Shown piece by piece: positions 38,931 through 50,000 of a DNA stretch of 50,000 bases; positions within the stretch are counted from its first letter, which is position 1, and each line of letters opens with the position of its first letter. The stretch spans positions 1 through 50,000 of the forward strand of contig NW_025214725.1 of assembly GCF_004010195.1 (NCBI RefSeq). The letters are read 5' to 3'. This stretch comes from Chiloscyllium plagiosum. Lineage: Eukaryota. The notes below the pieces were generated by a model. It was not told the DNA's origin. It saw only the letters and a list, made by a program, of their open reading frames with translations, and did not search any database. Both the position numbers and the translations under genes were made by a program.

Positions 38931-40978
38931 TTTGCACCTTACCTGTCTTCTAATTAGATGAGCACTTTTGTACAAAACATGATTCTACCCAACAAATTCA
39001 TCTTCATATTTCTGGCCTTCTGTTAAACTGTTTACTTTGTAGTACTTTAAATCAGACAATTATTTTGATGAGCTTTATATTTGGTTCATTTACTGTTTTT
39101 CCAATATGCTGAGTAAATTTTCTCTAAGAGTGGCTTTACAAGTATGCCAAAGCCACTTGCATGGAAGCATTCCGGAATGGTATCATCGTATGAAGTCTAT
39201 TATTTTATACCTCCATTAGGTTACATCTGACAGTTTCTGTTTCAATGGCTGATAAAATCTTTTAAATGAATTAAAGAGAGTGTGGAATTTAGATTCAATT
39301 CAGAATGAATGTTTTAGATAGTTTGTGTAAATCCAGAGTGATCACAATCTGTCAATTTTCTCAGAAAAAGACAATAAAAGGGAATAAAATAGCAAATCTG
39401 GTCTTTCATAGCATTGAGACAATGATAATTAAATAATTAGATAGGAATTGATTGTCTAGATTAGGAGGTAATTGCAAATGCCACTAAAATAGTTCTGTGA
39501 AAATTTCAAACCTAAGTTCTGCTTGGTTTGTACAATCTGTCTTCTAATGTGAGTCACAAATACAGTTTGAATTATTCTTTTCATAATATTAGACACAAAA
39601 CCAAGCCTTGTGTAGCACAAGAGAACAATCTAACCTCAATGGGGTTAGTGTAGCTGTGTCCTTCTGCTCTGCCACTTACCTCATCCCTAAAATCATAACA
39701 TGAAAATGATTCCTTCAATAAAATGAAGAGACAAAGCCAGGCTTCTGCAAGGGAGAACAAGATGAAGTTTGGTCTTTACAGCCTTAATTAAACCATATAC
39801 CACTGTCAGATTCCAAAAACAATGTGTACACCATTTGGTATTCTATGACCAGTCGCAAAGGTATGGACTCTTACACCCAAGTGACAAATTGTCAAAGCCT
39901 TATCCAGTCCAAAGTGGATGGTGAAATGTTTGTATTTTGTGTTTGGTTGTGTCTTGGGACTGAAGATGCCTATTCTACACAGCATGTCAAATCTGGTTAA
40001 CACACCACTATTTATCTTTACTGCTTAACTGGAACAATAGTATGGTGCACCGAGTGCTTGTAGATCGCGCTAAGCATGTAGCCACTTTTTGACGCTTCTT
40101 TTGTGCTCTGTTGAGCCACTCCAGTGAGCAGATCAGGCAATATTTCATAAGGTATTCTGGGATTTGGTGAACCTTTCAGGAAACAAATTGTGGTCGACAA
40201 GTTTAGCATGAGTGAGCTGGCTCAAGACCATTGAAGGGTAGAAAATAGATGTAGAAGACATTGAGAACCCAAGCTTTGTATATTACATGTTTGCATTATA
40301 TGTTTGTGTTGTATTGATTCTTTATTATGTTGTATGTGCATTGTGTCTTATTTCTGCTCTGTGTGCGTTTGTATGTTGCATTCTGAATATTATGAGAATA
40401 GAGCAGTTCCATAAACTCATTATTCCTAATAATAATTTTGTTAGTTTGTAGGTAAACAATATATTTGTTATTTCTCCTACTCATGCCACAATTATGTGAT
40501 CTTCTGGAGTTACTCCTGTGCGCATTTGAGCCATCAATCTGGTTTCAAAGATCCCAGGAGCATCCCTGACCTGACATAAGGGGTCTGTTCCTTGGGGGTT
40601 GATGTAAATGTCTTAGTTCATACAAGGTTGTGATTCTGTGATGTGCTCCATTTGTTTTTCATCCCAATCCCCAGAATTTGATTGTTGCATTCTGTGAGCT
40701 CATAGAAGGCAAAGTCATTTTTATCAGTGACATGAATTAAATTCTTATTCACAAGATTATTTCCCCACTTTTGCTTCTATCAGTATCACAGCAGTATTGT
40801 TGTAAATAAAAACAATACAGAAAAAATCAGAAGTTTTTAAATCAATTCAGGTACCATTTTTCCTCCATGTTTTTCTCCTCCCCTCTTGAAGATGCTTAGA
40901 TATAGAGTCACGATGCTGATGACTGCCATATCCTCACCCCCTGGGACTCTTCCTCTTGTGATAGACTAGATAGAAATT

Positions 40979-41095
40979 AGGAGAAAGTGAGGACTGCAGA
41001 TGCTGGAGATCAGAGCTGAAAAATGTGTTGCTGGAAAAGCGCAGCAGGTCAGGCAGCATCAAAGAGCAGGAGAATCGACGTTTCGGGCACAAGCC
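40979..41095 (-). mobile_element. Short Penelope-like terminal fragment
   Basis: AAAGTGAGGACTGCAGATGCTGGAGATCAGAG...GCAGCAGGTCAGGCAGCATC...TCGACGTTTCGGGC is similar to 14225-14335. Imperfect TSD AGATAGAAATT (40968-40978) / AGGTAGAAATT (41096-41106). Confidence 0.75.
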
Positions 41096-44000
41096 AGGTA
41101 GAAATTGGCAACAGGCTATTCACAACGAAGTAGTCCCTAAAATTACTACATCAGGTTATTGGTTTAAATAGTTTGTTTTTCTTCAATTCAATTCTAAATA
41201 GAGGAAATATACAGAGCATAAATCAAATATTATAGGAAATAATATGGCCTCCAAATATATTGTAAAATACAGTGAGGGCATTTGAGCAACCAAGTTCCTG
41301 ACTACAACCTCGATAAGCAGTCAGTCATACCTGCAGATTAGAGAAAAGTAGATGATTATTTATCTCCACATTGCTTAATGGACTGTTTTCATAGTCCATT
41401 ATTTTTTTGATTCTGGATTGAATAACTTGGTAATCTGTCTTCTGATTCCCTCTCGGGGGAGGGTAAAGGGTGACATCGCTCTCAGCTTCAGAGCTGTCAG
41501 TGGGAAAACAATCCCTAATTTCATCACAACACACTGTTTACTTATATCCACATAATGTAACTTGCACGCCTTGGATATGCAGCAAATGGAGAAAGCATGC
41601 ATGGATTTCACAGGTAACAGGATTACGTGGGCATATAATTGATCCATGTGGGAAAATGACAGAGCTCTAAACGTGTCTACACTTTAAAAATGGAGTTTAT
41701 GAAATGCACATTCGTATGTTTGAAGCAATCAGTATGTCAATTCTAACAGATCTTGGTGCCAGCTGCTTTGAAGACAGTGCATCCGCTTAAAGTTCTTCCC
41801 TCTGCCTTAACTCACTCATAAGCACATGCCTGTTATGTTGATAGGACAGAATCATGTTGCAATTGGAAAGCTTGTGAAAAGAGTAGAGATTAATAGTTAT
41901 GTATCTTTTCATCTGACCCTCACTGACATACCAACATACAACAGAATTTACATTCAGATAGTATTTATAAACCCTGAAATCAAAGGCATTTTCCTGACAT
42001 CTGATTATTTAGATAGGGATGAAAGCCATGCAGACAACGAATAGAAATCCTGCCCATATCAAATCCTGACTGGATCAATATAAATTTTCACATGCAACAA
42101 GTATTCATTCAGCAGGCAACTATAGTGAGTACAAAAAGTGTCAACACATCATTTGAAGACAACAGGTACAGAATGTGCATTGGAATTAGCATTGCAATCA
42201 AATATAAAACTGTCAAAGCTTAAAACTCCCTTGGTGCTCCTTTGTGATTACTCATATGGCTTGCGCATGCCCTTGAAAGCAAAGGGTCCCTTGCCCGATA
42301 TTCCTAAGAGCTCTGAAAGCTTATCCATAATGGAGGGGGAAGGCTTAAAGCGGTAGTCTATGGATGGGAAAAGAGAACACACTTTAAAAGAAATTCATGA
42401 TTGCGTCCTGTTTCACTTTGAAGATTAAAAATAGTTAACATTAAAAGCACAATAATACCAAAAAAGAACAATCAGTGAGCTAAAGTCCTTTTGACTCTTC
42501 TTTTACACTTCAAGTACTTGGTCTCTGCTACACTCACACATGCCTGCATATTGATCACTTTACAAGGACTAGAGTTGCAAAATACCTTACTTCAGGGGCC
42601 AAAGATATACATTAACCATGTAGTGAAAAAACTGCTTTCCAGTGCGTCACAATATTATGATCTACTGCTGTGCTGTGATATGTAAAATCTACTTCATTTT
42701 CTGCTAACCTGACAATTCCACTTAATAAACTTCAAAAATACTGAAGCATTTTACTTGTTCAAATAAACTTTAATATTCTGAGAAAATAATTCTCATTGCA
42801 TTCAGCAGTATAGTGTTCTGGCAACTGTTATATCATGACTTTTCTGAAGGACCCATGCTGTGCGGATTTTCTGTCTTGCAAGCTAGACTTTTCAATGTGT
42901 TACATGCAGGCCAATTTGTAGAAATCAAAAATGGTTAGAGGCATGTGAATTGCCGTACTTTACAGAGCACCATGCCTTTTGAAACATCTTGAGATGCAAT
43001 GAAATCCTGAATCTGTTCAGAATCACTGATAGTTCTACCATCACCGTTTTGCACGTATCCTAATTGCTGCAGTATTTACCATTTCTGTACCAAAGTTTCT
43101 GCTAGAAATATTACAAATGTAGCAATTTTCCTTTAAAGAATTTCTACAATATTATTGGAATGTTCCTTTCATAAAACAGATGAATCCTTCCTGAATAAAA
43201 ATGTAGTTATGAAAATAATAATTCACATTAATTCTTCTTTATGTTATGTCCTTTTAATGCAATATAAGCAAACACACATTTATCTATATGCCTTACTGGG
43301 AATAAATGCTAGTGAGTGATTCTGTCCTTGCAGGAATTGTCTATACATTTTAAGTTCTGGATCAGTTTTATTTTTTAGTCTTACCTCTATTTAAGGAACA
43401 GAGGGAAACATATCTAATTTACAAATTGATATTCCTATTGAACAGATATTATCAAAGAAAGATGTTCTTAATGTGAAACAAGACACCTTTTTTGGCTATT
43501 CAGCACATTCATTACCTGGAAGATTCAAGACAAAATTGTATCATTGCCACTTTTCAAATAGCGTTTGATATACAGAATTGGTGACAGGAATACATCTGGC
43601 TGTTATGTAGGTTGACTACTGAAATCTTTCTTTTCAGTTTTTTTTACTACAATTATCAAATAAAGGGAATCTTCACAAACATTCTTAATGCTACTAAAAC
43701 ACTGCAACTAAAAGAAGCCTATCCCCTGACATCCCCTTCCCCCTCTCAGGAAAATTAAAAATTTTACATTGTCCTCCAGAGCTACAGTTTATTAGCAGTG
43801 AATAAATGTAAGTCAAAGACATCTTTCTATCAAAAGCAAACAAATTGGCAAAAGTTTGTAAAATTTTAGTATGTGGAGTTAGAGGGTTACATAATCAAAC
43901 TTCGAAAAACAAATCGACGAAGGGTGGGTAGAGTTAATATTTCAATTGGGTTGCAAAGGTAAAGGAAAATTTACTTGTTACTTGTTGTCACGTGGTTGGT

Positions 44001-46279
44001 CTCTCTCTTTTGATTTTTTTCTCTCTCACTTCACGGTGACATCTGCTATCAGGCTAAGCAGGTGTTCCTGTGTAAACGAATGTGGCCTGTTTGTGTTTCA
44101 CTGTACTTGCTACTGCACAGTCAAATGAGCAGTGTGATTAAGAATCCTGTAAATTTTTGAAAAGGGACGGATGGCTGCCCTACTAGAACCTAATTACAAA
44201 GCAAGAACATCCGCGGCTCGGTGCTATCACTGCAGTGGCGAACAGCAGAAATTAATAATATATAATAGCATCATTCTTGCAATTTATAAATGAAGTAAAG
44301 TGGGGGAGGTTTCTGCTGATGCGCCGTTTCGTGTTAATTTTGCAAGATTGAATAGAAATTGGAATTTTAGTGAGGTGAAACCTTGCTGACATGCTCCTGC
44401 AAGTTGCGAACATGGGATTAACACTGCATCTTAAATGTAATGTCCCTATGATTTGAGCAGGGCTGTTTTAATCAATGAAGCCCAAACTATCCAGCTGAGG
44501 GATGCATTGCGATTACACCTGGTTTGAAGTCTCTGAGGAAGTCTGTGATGGCTACTTAATAATAAAATGTGGTGAAGTATCTCATCCTAAAGCAATACCT
44601 TTAATAATGGTCAGTGATAGTTACATTGATAACCTCAACTTGCTTGCATTGAATCATTCAGTGAGTTGAACAACCTGTGAGGAAATGGTCTCCCTGAAGT
44701 AGCAGCAAGCAGTCCTGACTTCTTCAATATATAAACAAGCAGGGCAGAGGCGCCAGTCTTGCTGAATAAGTAAAGAGAGGTAAAAGCCATACCTGTATTG
44801 GCCCTATTAGTGAGAAGAAATTGCACACAGTCACCTAACTAGCTTTTATTCCCAGAAAAACATACTGACAAATGTGCATTTGCTTATATTGCATTAAAAG
44901 CTACACAATATAAAGAAGAATTTTTTGTAATTATTGTTTTCACAACTGCTACATTTATATACATTTTTTAAATGGATAAATCACTACAATTTTATTTAGA
45001 TTAACAAAAAATGAATGCCTGTGTTTAAGACAATTAAAAGATCAGAGTCAACTAGACATTTTAAACTATACAAAATAGGAGATGAGCTCAAACTGCCGAT
45101 TATGTAACTGCCTTGTATCACACATGGGTGTCTTATTACAAGCAAGGATGTTGTTTTGTTACAGTGTATTTTTTAAAATTGAAATCACAGTCCAGTAATG
45201 GCAACAAATGTCAAAATGCATGGTCTGTCACAGACCCTACTTACAAGCAAATCTGTGTTGCTTCTGCATTGACTTATCTCTGTTGCACCATGTAAACTGG
45301 GGGAGGGGGAGAGACACACACGGCACAAACTATCCTACAAATGTCAGTTTATTTCACAGTGTGTACAGCTCTTTCACAATAATTGGTAACACAATTTGGC
45401 AAGAGACCAACTGCATTTCAGAGTTTGAAACAAAACATCAAACCAGTTGTTCGAGTTAATTTTGTACACAAAATGTAATTTAAAAAGAATTTATGCAGCA
45501 GGGTTAAGAAGCACAGATCAGGTACAAATTCACTTGTGACCTCCGTAGCCTCTTAGCAAAGCAACATCCTTAATTATATGTAACATAAATGTTCACACAG
45601 CAATGTTGAGTATCATGACCTTTATTAATGTCACATGTTGGAGATTTTAATTTTCAACATGCAGGCATGCTGTGTCAGAAATCATTTTGTCCTTTTCTAA
45701 GATTTTTGGCATGTAAATTCGTTCTTTTAGGAGTTCAATGTGGAATAAATATGTAACCCCTTCGGAAGTTACAACAGATGTTAGGCCTGTGTCCTGTCAC
45801 ACTACATCTGTGTGTCACCATATGTCGTTGTCACCCATTATTGCCTGCCCTCGCTCCATATCCCACCCTTTCCCCTTAACTATCCACATTGAGAGTTTGT
45901 TTAATTGCACCATCACTGTTAAAAACAAAATGATCATTCAATACTGAACTGAAAACAATACGAATTACATTTTCAAAATACATTAGGTATCAAATTACTA
46001 AGTCTGTAGTTACAATTCAGAGTCTACGTAGCTTTAAAGCAAAAAACAGCCTCCCTCTGTCACTTGAGACAACGTTGAATATGTGGGTTACTGAGTTGAA
46101 AGGTTTGGAGTGATACCACTAATCATGAGAGTGAAGTATGGATAGTTTATAAAAATCATTTGGATTTCAAGTCCAAATCACAATCTGGAATTGATTTATA
46201 TTTTTATTTGTGGTTATAAATGAAAGAAGAAATATGTTGCATTGGAATAGAATGTGCTTCAGAGTTGAAAAGTATTCTC

Positions 46280-46510
46280 TCAACTGAGGTCATTGTTGCA
46301 ATGTTGTAGCCAATTTGTGCCCAGCAAGGTCCCACAAACAGTATTAGGATAAATGGTTGGGTATCTATCTTTCTGCGATAACTGTTGGCTAGGACAATTG
46401 GAGAACATCCCTATTCTTCTCTGAGAAGTACCACAATATCTTTTAAGTCTGCCTAAAATGATAGGTGGAGCATGATGCCTCATATTTAATGTTAGATCTG
46501 AAAGATGTAC
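46280..46510 (-). mobile_element. DeuSINE-like fragment, reverse orientation
   Basis: TTGGCTAGGACA..GGAGAAC..CCCTATTCTTCT..AAGTACCACAATATCTTTTA is a diverged reverse complement of the 8620-8700 segment. Confidence 0.5.
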
Positions 46511-47269
46511 CATGTGTGGAATTTAGAAAACCAATTTTGGGACATCATTGATGACTAGTAGATGAAATATATAAAGCAGAGAGGTGGTCATCTGCTCCCT
46601 GTTCCATGCTAAGTTAGTTGATCTCAGCTGGGTAACGATAGGGGTGCTACAATTAACCTTACTACTGCATGTTAGGGGCTGTAAAAATTATCTAGAGAAC
46701 CAAGTCCTGAAAATTACCCAGACATCCCTGCTGGAAATGTGCTGCGTGGACAAGGTGGGAGGATAACATCCAACTCAAGTATGATGATTGTACGACCACT
46801 CCCTAGGTCCATAATCAAAACTGGCACTTGTGCATCCATGCACACAAGGTAAATGATGGAAAAACTCATGAGACAGCTTCAAAGCAAGAGGAAAGGTGTG
46901 GAATAAAATTGCTGAGCGAGTAAAATATTCTTTTTAAAATTGGCATGAATATTCAGACTCTCTGAGCACCCTGGAATGGGGCTTGTGGTCCTATGTATTA
47001 CACCTTACCACAAGTATGGAAGAAATGATCAGTGCTGCGTTTAGGATAGATCAGATTGATGATACGACTCTGTTTAAATTTGCTGTTCAGTTCTGTTTGG
47101 TTTATGAGAGCAGAAGCTCACAGAATGCAAACAACGTGTCAACTGCACTCTGATGGAGGATATGGGATATGGGAGGATGCTTGGAGTTTAACAATGATTT
47201 TCCATTCTCTTTTGCCCATTCCTTAAAACTGAAAGCTTGGAGTGCAGGTGATATGTATGATGGAGCATG

Positions 47270-47935
47270 CAAAGGTACAAGGATCAGTAGTAGACCATCA
47301 AGCCTGCTCTGTCATTCAATAAGATTCTGGCTGATCTAATTGTAACCTCAAGTCCACATTCCCACCTACTCTTGCCACCTCACCAAGAATTTATGCACCT
47401 TCACCTTAAAAATATTCACAGACTCTGCTTCCACAGCCTTTTCAGGAAGAAATGTCTGAAGCCTCATCACCCTCTAAGGGAATAATAATCTCTTTAAATA
47501 AAAACCGAAAGGTCTGCAGATACTGTAAATCAGAGACAAAAATAGAAATTGCTGGAAAAGCTCAGCAGGCTTGGCAGTATCAGTAAGAGAAATCAGAGTT
47601 AACGTTTCAGATCGAGTGACCCTTTCACAGACTCTACCCTCCCTGTTCTGAGGAAGTGTCATTCGACCTGAAATGTTAACATTTTGCTGAGGTTCTCCAG
47701 TAAGAATCTCCTTAAATCTGTTTTAAATAACTGACCTCATAGATTTAAACAGTGACCACTTAGTTCTAGGCTCTGCCAAAAGAAGGAACATCCTCCTCAT
47801 GAGGATCTTAAGTATTTCAATCAAGTTGCTGTTACATTTCTAAACTCTAGCAGATAGAAGCCTAACCTGTCCAAATTTTCCTCATAAAACAACCCACAAA
47901 CCATTATTTCAGCTTTATATCTGGTAAGCATTCTC
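47270..47935 (-). mobile_element. Degenerate CR1-like LINE 3' fragment
   Basis: AAGCCTGCTCTGTCATTCAATAAGATTCTGGCTGATCT is the reverse complement of the CR1 tail seen at 48658-48695. Confidence 0.65.
47500..47700. mobile_element. Older Penelope-like subfamily with inverted hammerhead-like pair, nested in CR1
   Basis: Imperfect 17-bp TSD TAATAATCTCTTTAAAT (47483-47499) / TAAGAATCTCCTTAAAT (47701-47717). Contains GCTGGAAAAGCTCAGCAGG and inverted copies at 47598-47632 and 47645-47680. Confidence 0.7.
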
Positions 47936-48011
47936 TATTAGGTGTATATGAAGCTATGCCTCATTATCTGTGGACACCTTTAATAGAAAGGAGAATTATT
48001 GTGCCAAGAGG

Positions 48012-48305
48012 GATAGCATGGTGGCACAGTGGTTAGCACTGATTCCTCACACGCCATGGATCAGGTTCAATTCCAGCCTTGGCTGACTGTCTGTATGGAG
48101 TTTGCATGCTATTCTTATGCCTGAGTGGGTTTCTACCAGGTGCTACAGTTTCCTTCTGTACTCTAGAAATGTGCAGGTTAGCTGGATTGACTATGCTGAA
48201 TGTGGGGTTGTGTGGAAAGATTGGGTATGGCTGAGATGCTCTTCGGAGAGTTGTTATAGACTTGAAAGGCTGAATATCTTGTTCTGCATTGTAGTGATCC
48301 TACGG
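48012..48305 (+). mobile_element. HE1-like SINE, diverged
   Basis: GGTGGCACAGTGGTTAGCACTG..GGTTCAATTCCAGCCTTGG..GGAGTTTGCA..GTGCAGGTTAG. Confidence 0.8.
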
Positions 48306-48519
48306 TTAAATTGGGAATCTGACTAGTTTTACCTGCTAAAAATACAATATCAAACAATCATTAAAGTAATAGCATGTCAAAGCAAGTATCATGATTTAAG
48401 GATGCATTTGATTTAAAATTGTTATGCATTTACATTTGAAGAGACAATGTCAGTGTTATTATCTCACAGGAAGACAGTTTAAAATATTTATACTTTATGG
48501 AAGACAATGATGTCATCCA

Positions 48520-48745
48520 TTGAATCTATGGAATTCCCTGCCCTCAGTGAAGCAGTTGAGGTTATCTTTTTAAGGCAAAGATAAATAGATTTTTGAACAG
48601 AAAAGGAAATAATGGTTATAGTGTGTCTGTGGGTAAGTAGAGTTGAATCCACCAAAAGATCAGCCATGATCTTATTGAATGATGGAGCAGGCTTGAGGGC
48701 CAGTTGGCCTATTCCTGCTCCTAGTTCTTATGTTCTTACATTCTT
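48520..48745 (+). mobile_element. CR1-like LINE 3' end
   Basis: AGATCAGCCATGATCTTATTGAATGATGGAGCAGGCTTGAGGGCC..GGCCTATTCCTGCTCCTAGTTCTTATGTTCTT tail. Confidence 0.75.
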
Positions 48746-48814
48746 ATTGCAACTTTGATTAGCTTTGATGTTGCAAACCTACATTTTATTTGCTTGTGTG
48801 TGTCTGATAAGAGG

Positions 48815-49185
48815 GAGATAGTGGTATTGTTGTAATATCACTGGACTAAGAATCCAAAGAACAAGGTTGATGCTATGGGGGAACCAGGTTCAAATGGCAG
48901 CTAACGAAATTCCATGCAATTAATTTATTTTTAGTTTTATTAGTTTTTGTAATGATGATCATGAAACTATCATTAATTATTATAAAAATCCATCCGTATC
49001 ATTACTATTCTTCAGGGAAGGCAATTTGATCTCCTTACCTGGTTTGTCTTACATGTGACTTAGAGCAATTGGGTTGACTCATAACTACATTTTAAAATGG
49101 CCTGTGCCAGCTATTCATTTCAAGGGTAATTAGGGTTGGGCAATAAATACTGGAGTTGCCAGCAATACCCATATTCTGTAAAAGA
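48815..49185 (+). mobile_element. Diverged tRNA-derived SINE with LINE-like tail
   Basis: GTGGT..CACTGGACTA..GGTTCAAAT head; tail AATTAGGGTTGGGCAATAAATACTGG shared with the LINE end at ~7010. Confidence 0.55.
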
Positions 49186-49634
49186 ATTTTAAAAATCGAC
49201 CGTATTTCCTAACAAAAAACAATACCCAAATTATGACATCGCAAGAGATGACATGTAAAGTTGGCACCATCCCCGAAATGTCTCCATTGCAGCTGGAGTT
49301 GACTGAGCAGCATGGGCTTGGGTGTGGTTTTGGTCTGCTCTTGGAACAGTGCCTGCATGAAATATTCTTCAAATGTGGCATTACTGCCATATTTTCTGAA
49401 AAAAAGAGTAACCTTGTCAAGAATGGCCTTTCCTGATAGTAGCAGTGTAAAAATAAAATGCATGTGACAAACCGTTTTTGCAGATATTTGAAATGGAAAG
49501 TACAGCTCATAAGCTGGTAGGCCTGATGTGATAACTTTTCTTAGAGTTGGGGAAACACGTTTTGACAGTCCATGAAGTTCTGGTTTAGAAAACACTGTAA
49601 CCTCACATTCACTTTAACATAGTTTGTCCTCAGG

Positions 49635-50000
49635 GTAATATGGAAAGAACAATGGAGGAAGAGGCCCTTTAGCCCATCAAGACTGCACTGACACAGGATG
49701 CCTTTCTAAACTAAAAGCCTTTTGCCTCTATGTGGTCTGTATCTCTCCATTCTCTGTCTATTCATATATCTGTCAAGATGCCTCTTAACCATTGCTATTG
49801 TGTCAAACTCTACCACCTCATCTGGCAGGTCATTTCAGGCACCCACTACCCTCTCTGTTAAAAACTTGCCTTTCATATGTCTTCTAGCTTAAATCCATGT
49901 CCCCTAGTAATTGACATTTCTACCTTGGGTAAAAGATTCCAACTATCTATTCTATCCATGCTTTTAATAATTTTGTAAATTCTTTTCAGGCCATCTCTCA
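49635..50000 (-). mobile_element. CR1-like LINE 3' fragment
   Basis: Similar to 12340-12700 (AGATGCCTCTTAA..TACCACCTCATCTGGCAG..TCTATCCATGC..ATAATTTTGTAAA). Confidence 0.75.

Noticed and set aside
49130..49595. 126-128 aa minus-strand ORFs
   Set aside because: No recognisable homology; they overlap decayed repeat sequence within the ZEB2 intron.

Overview
Vertebrate genomic DNA, almost certainly from a shark: the repeats resemble HE1-like SINEs, CR1/HER1-like LINEs, DeuSINEs and Penelope-like elements, and a carpet/bamboo-shark lineage is a guess. The window holds the 5' end of ZEB2 (SIP1/ZFHX1B) on the + strand. This comprises a non-coding exon 1 (~20.0-20.5 kb), a ~2.26 kb 5'UTR intron, the first coding exon (22760-22915, [24 protein letters not shown]), and the first ~27 kb of the very large intron 2. 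Exon 3 is not in the window. The promoter lies in a ~10 kb CpG-rich domain within a ~23 kb stretch with no recognisable transposons, while both flanks are repeat-rich. Almost all other listed ORFs are spurious or repeat-derived. The most notable structures are: (i) five short Penelope-like insertions with target-site duplications that carry whole or partial minimal hammerhead-ribozyme motifs, two as inverted pairs; (ii) a SINE rebuilt into a perfect 53-bp-arm hairpin; (iii) splice-dependent uORFs and a two-ATG start in the ZEB2 leader; (iv) a recent 123-bp duplication upstream of the promoter; (v) a cryptic ~34-bp-period motif array in intron 2. I cannot support a wholly new biological system. 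Repeat family names and comparisons with human ZEB2 are from memory and need database confirmation.
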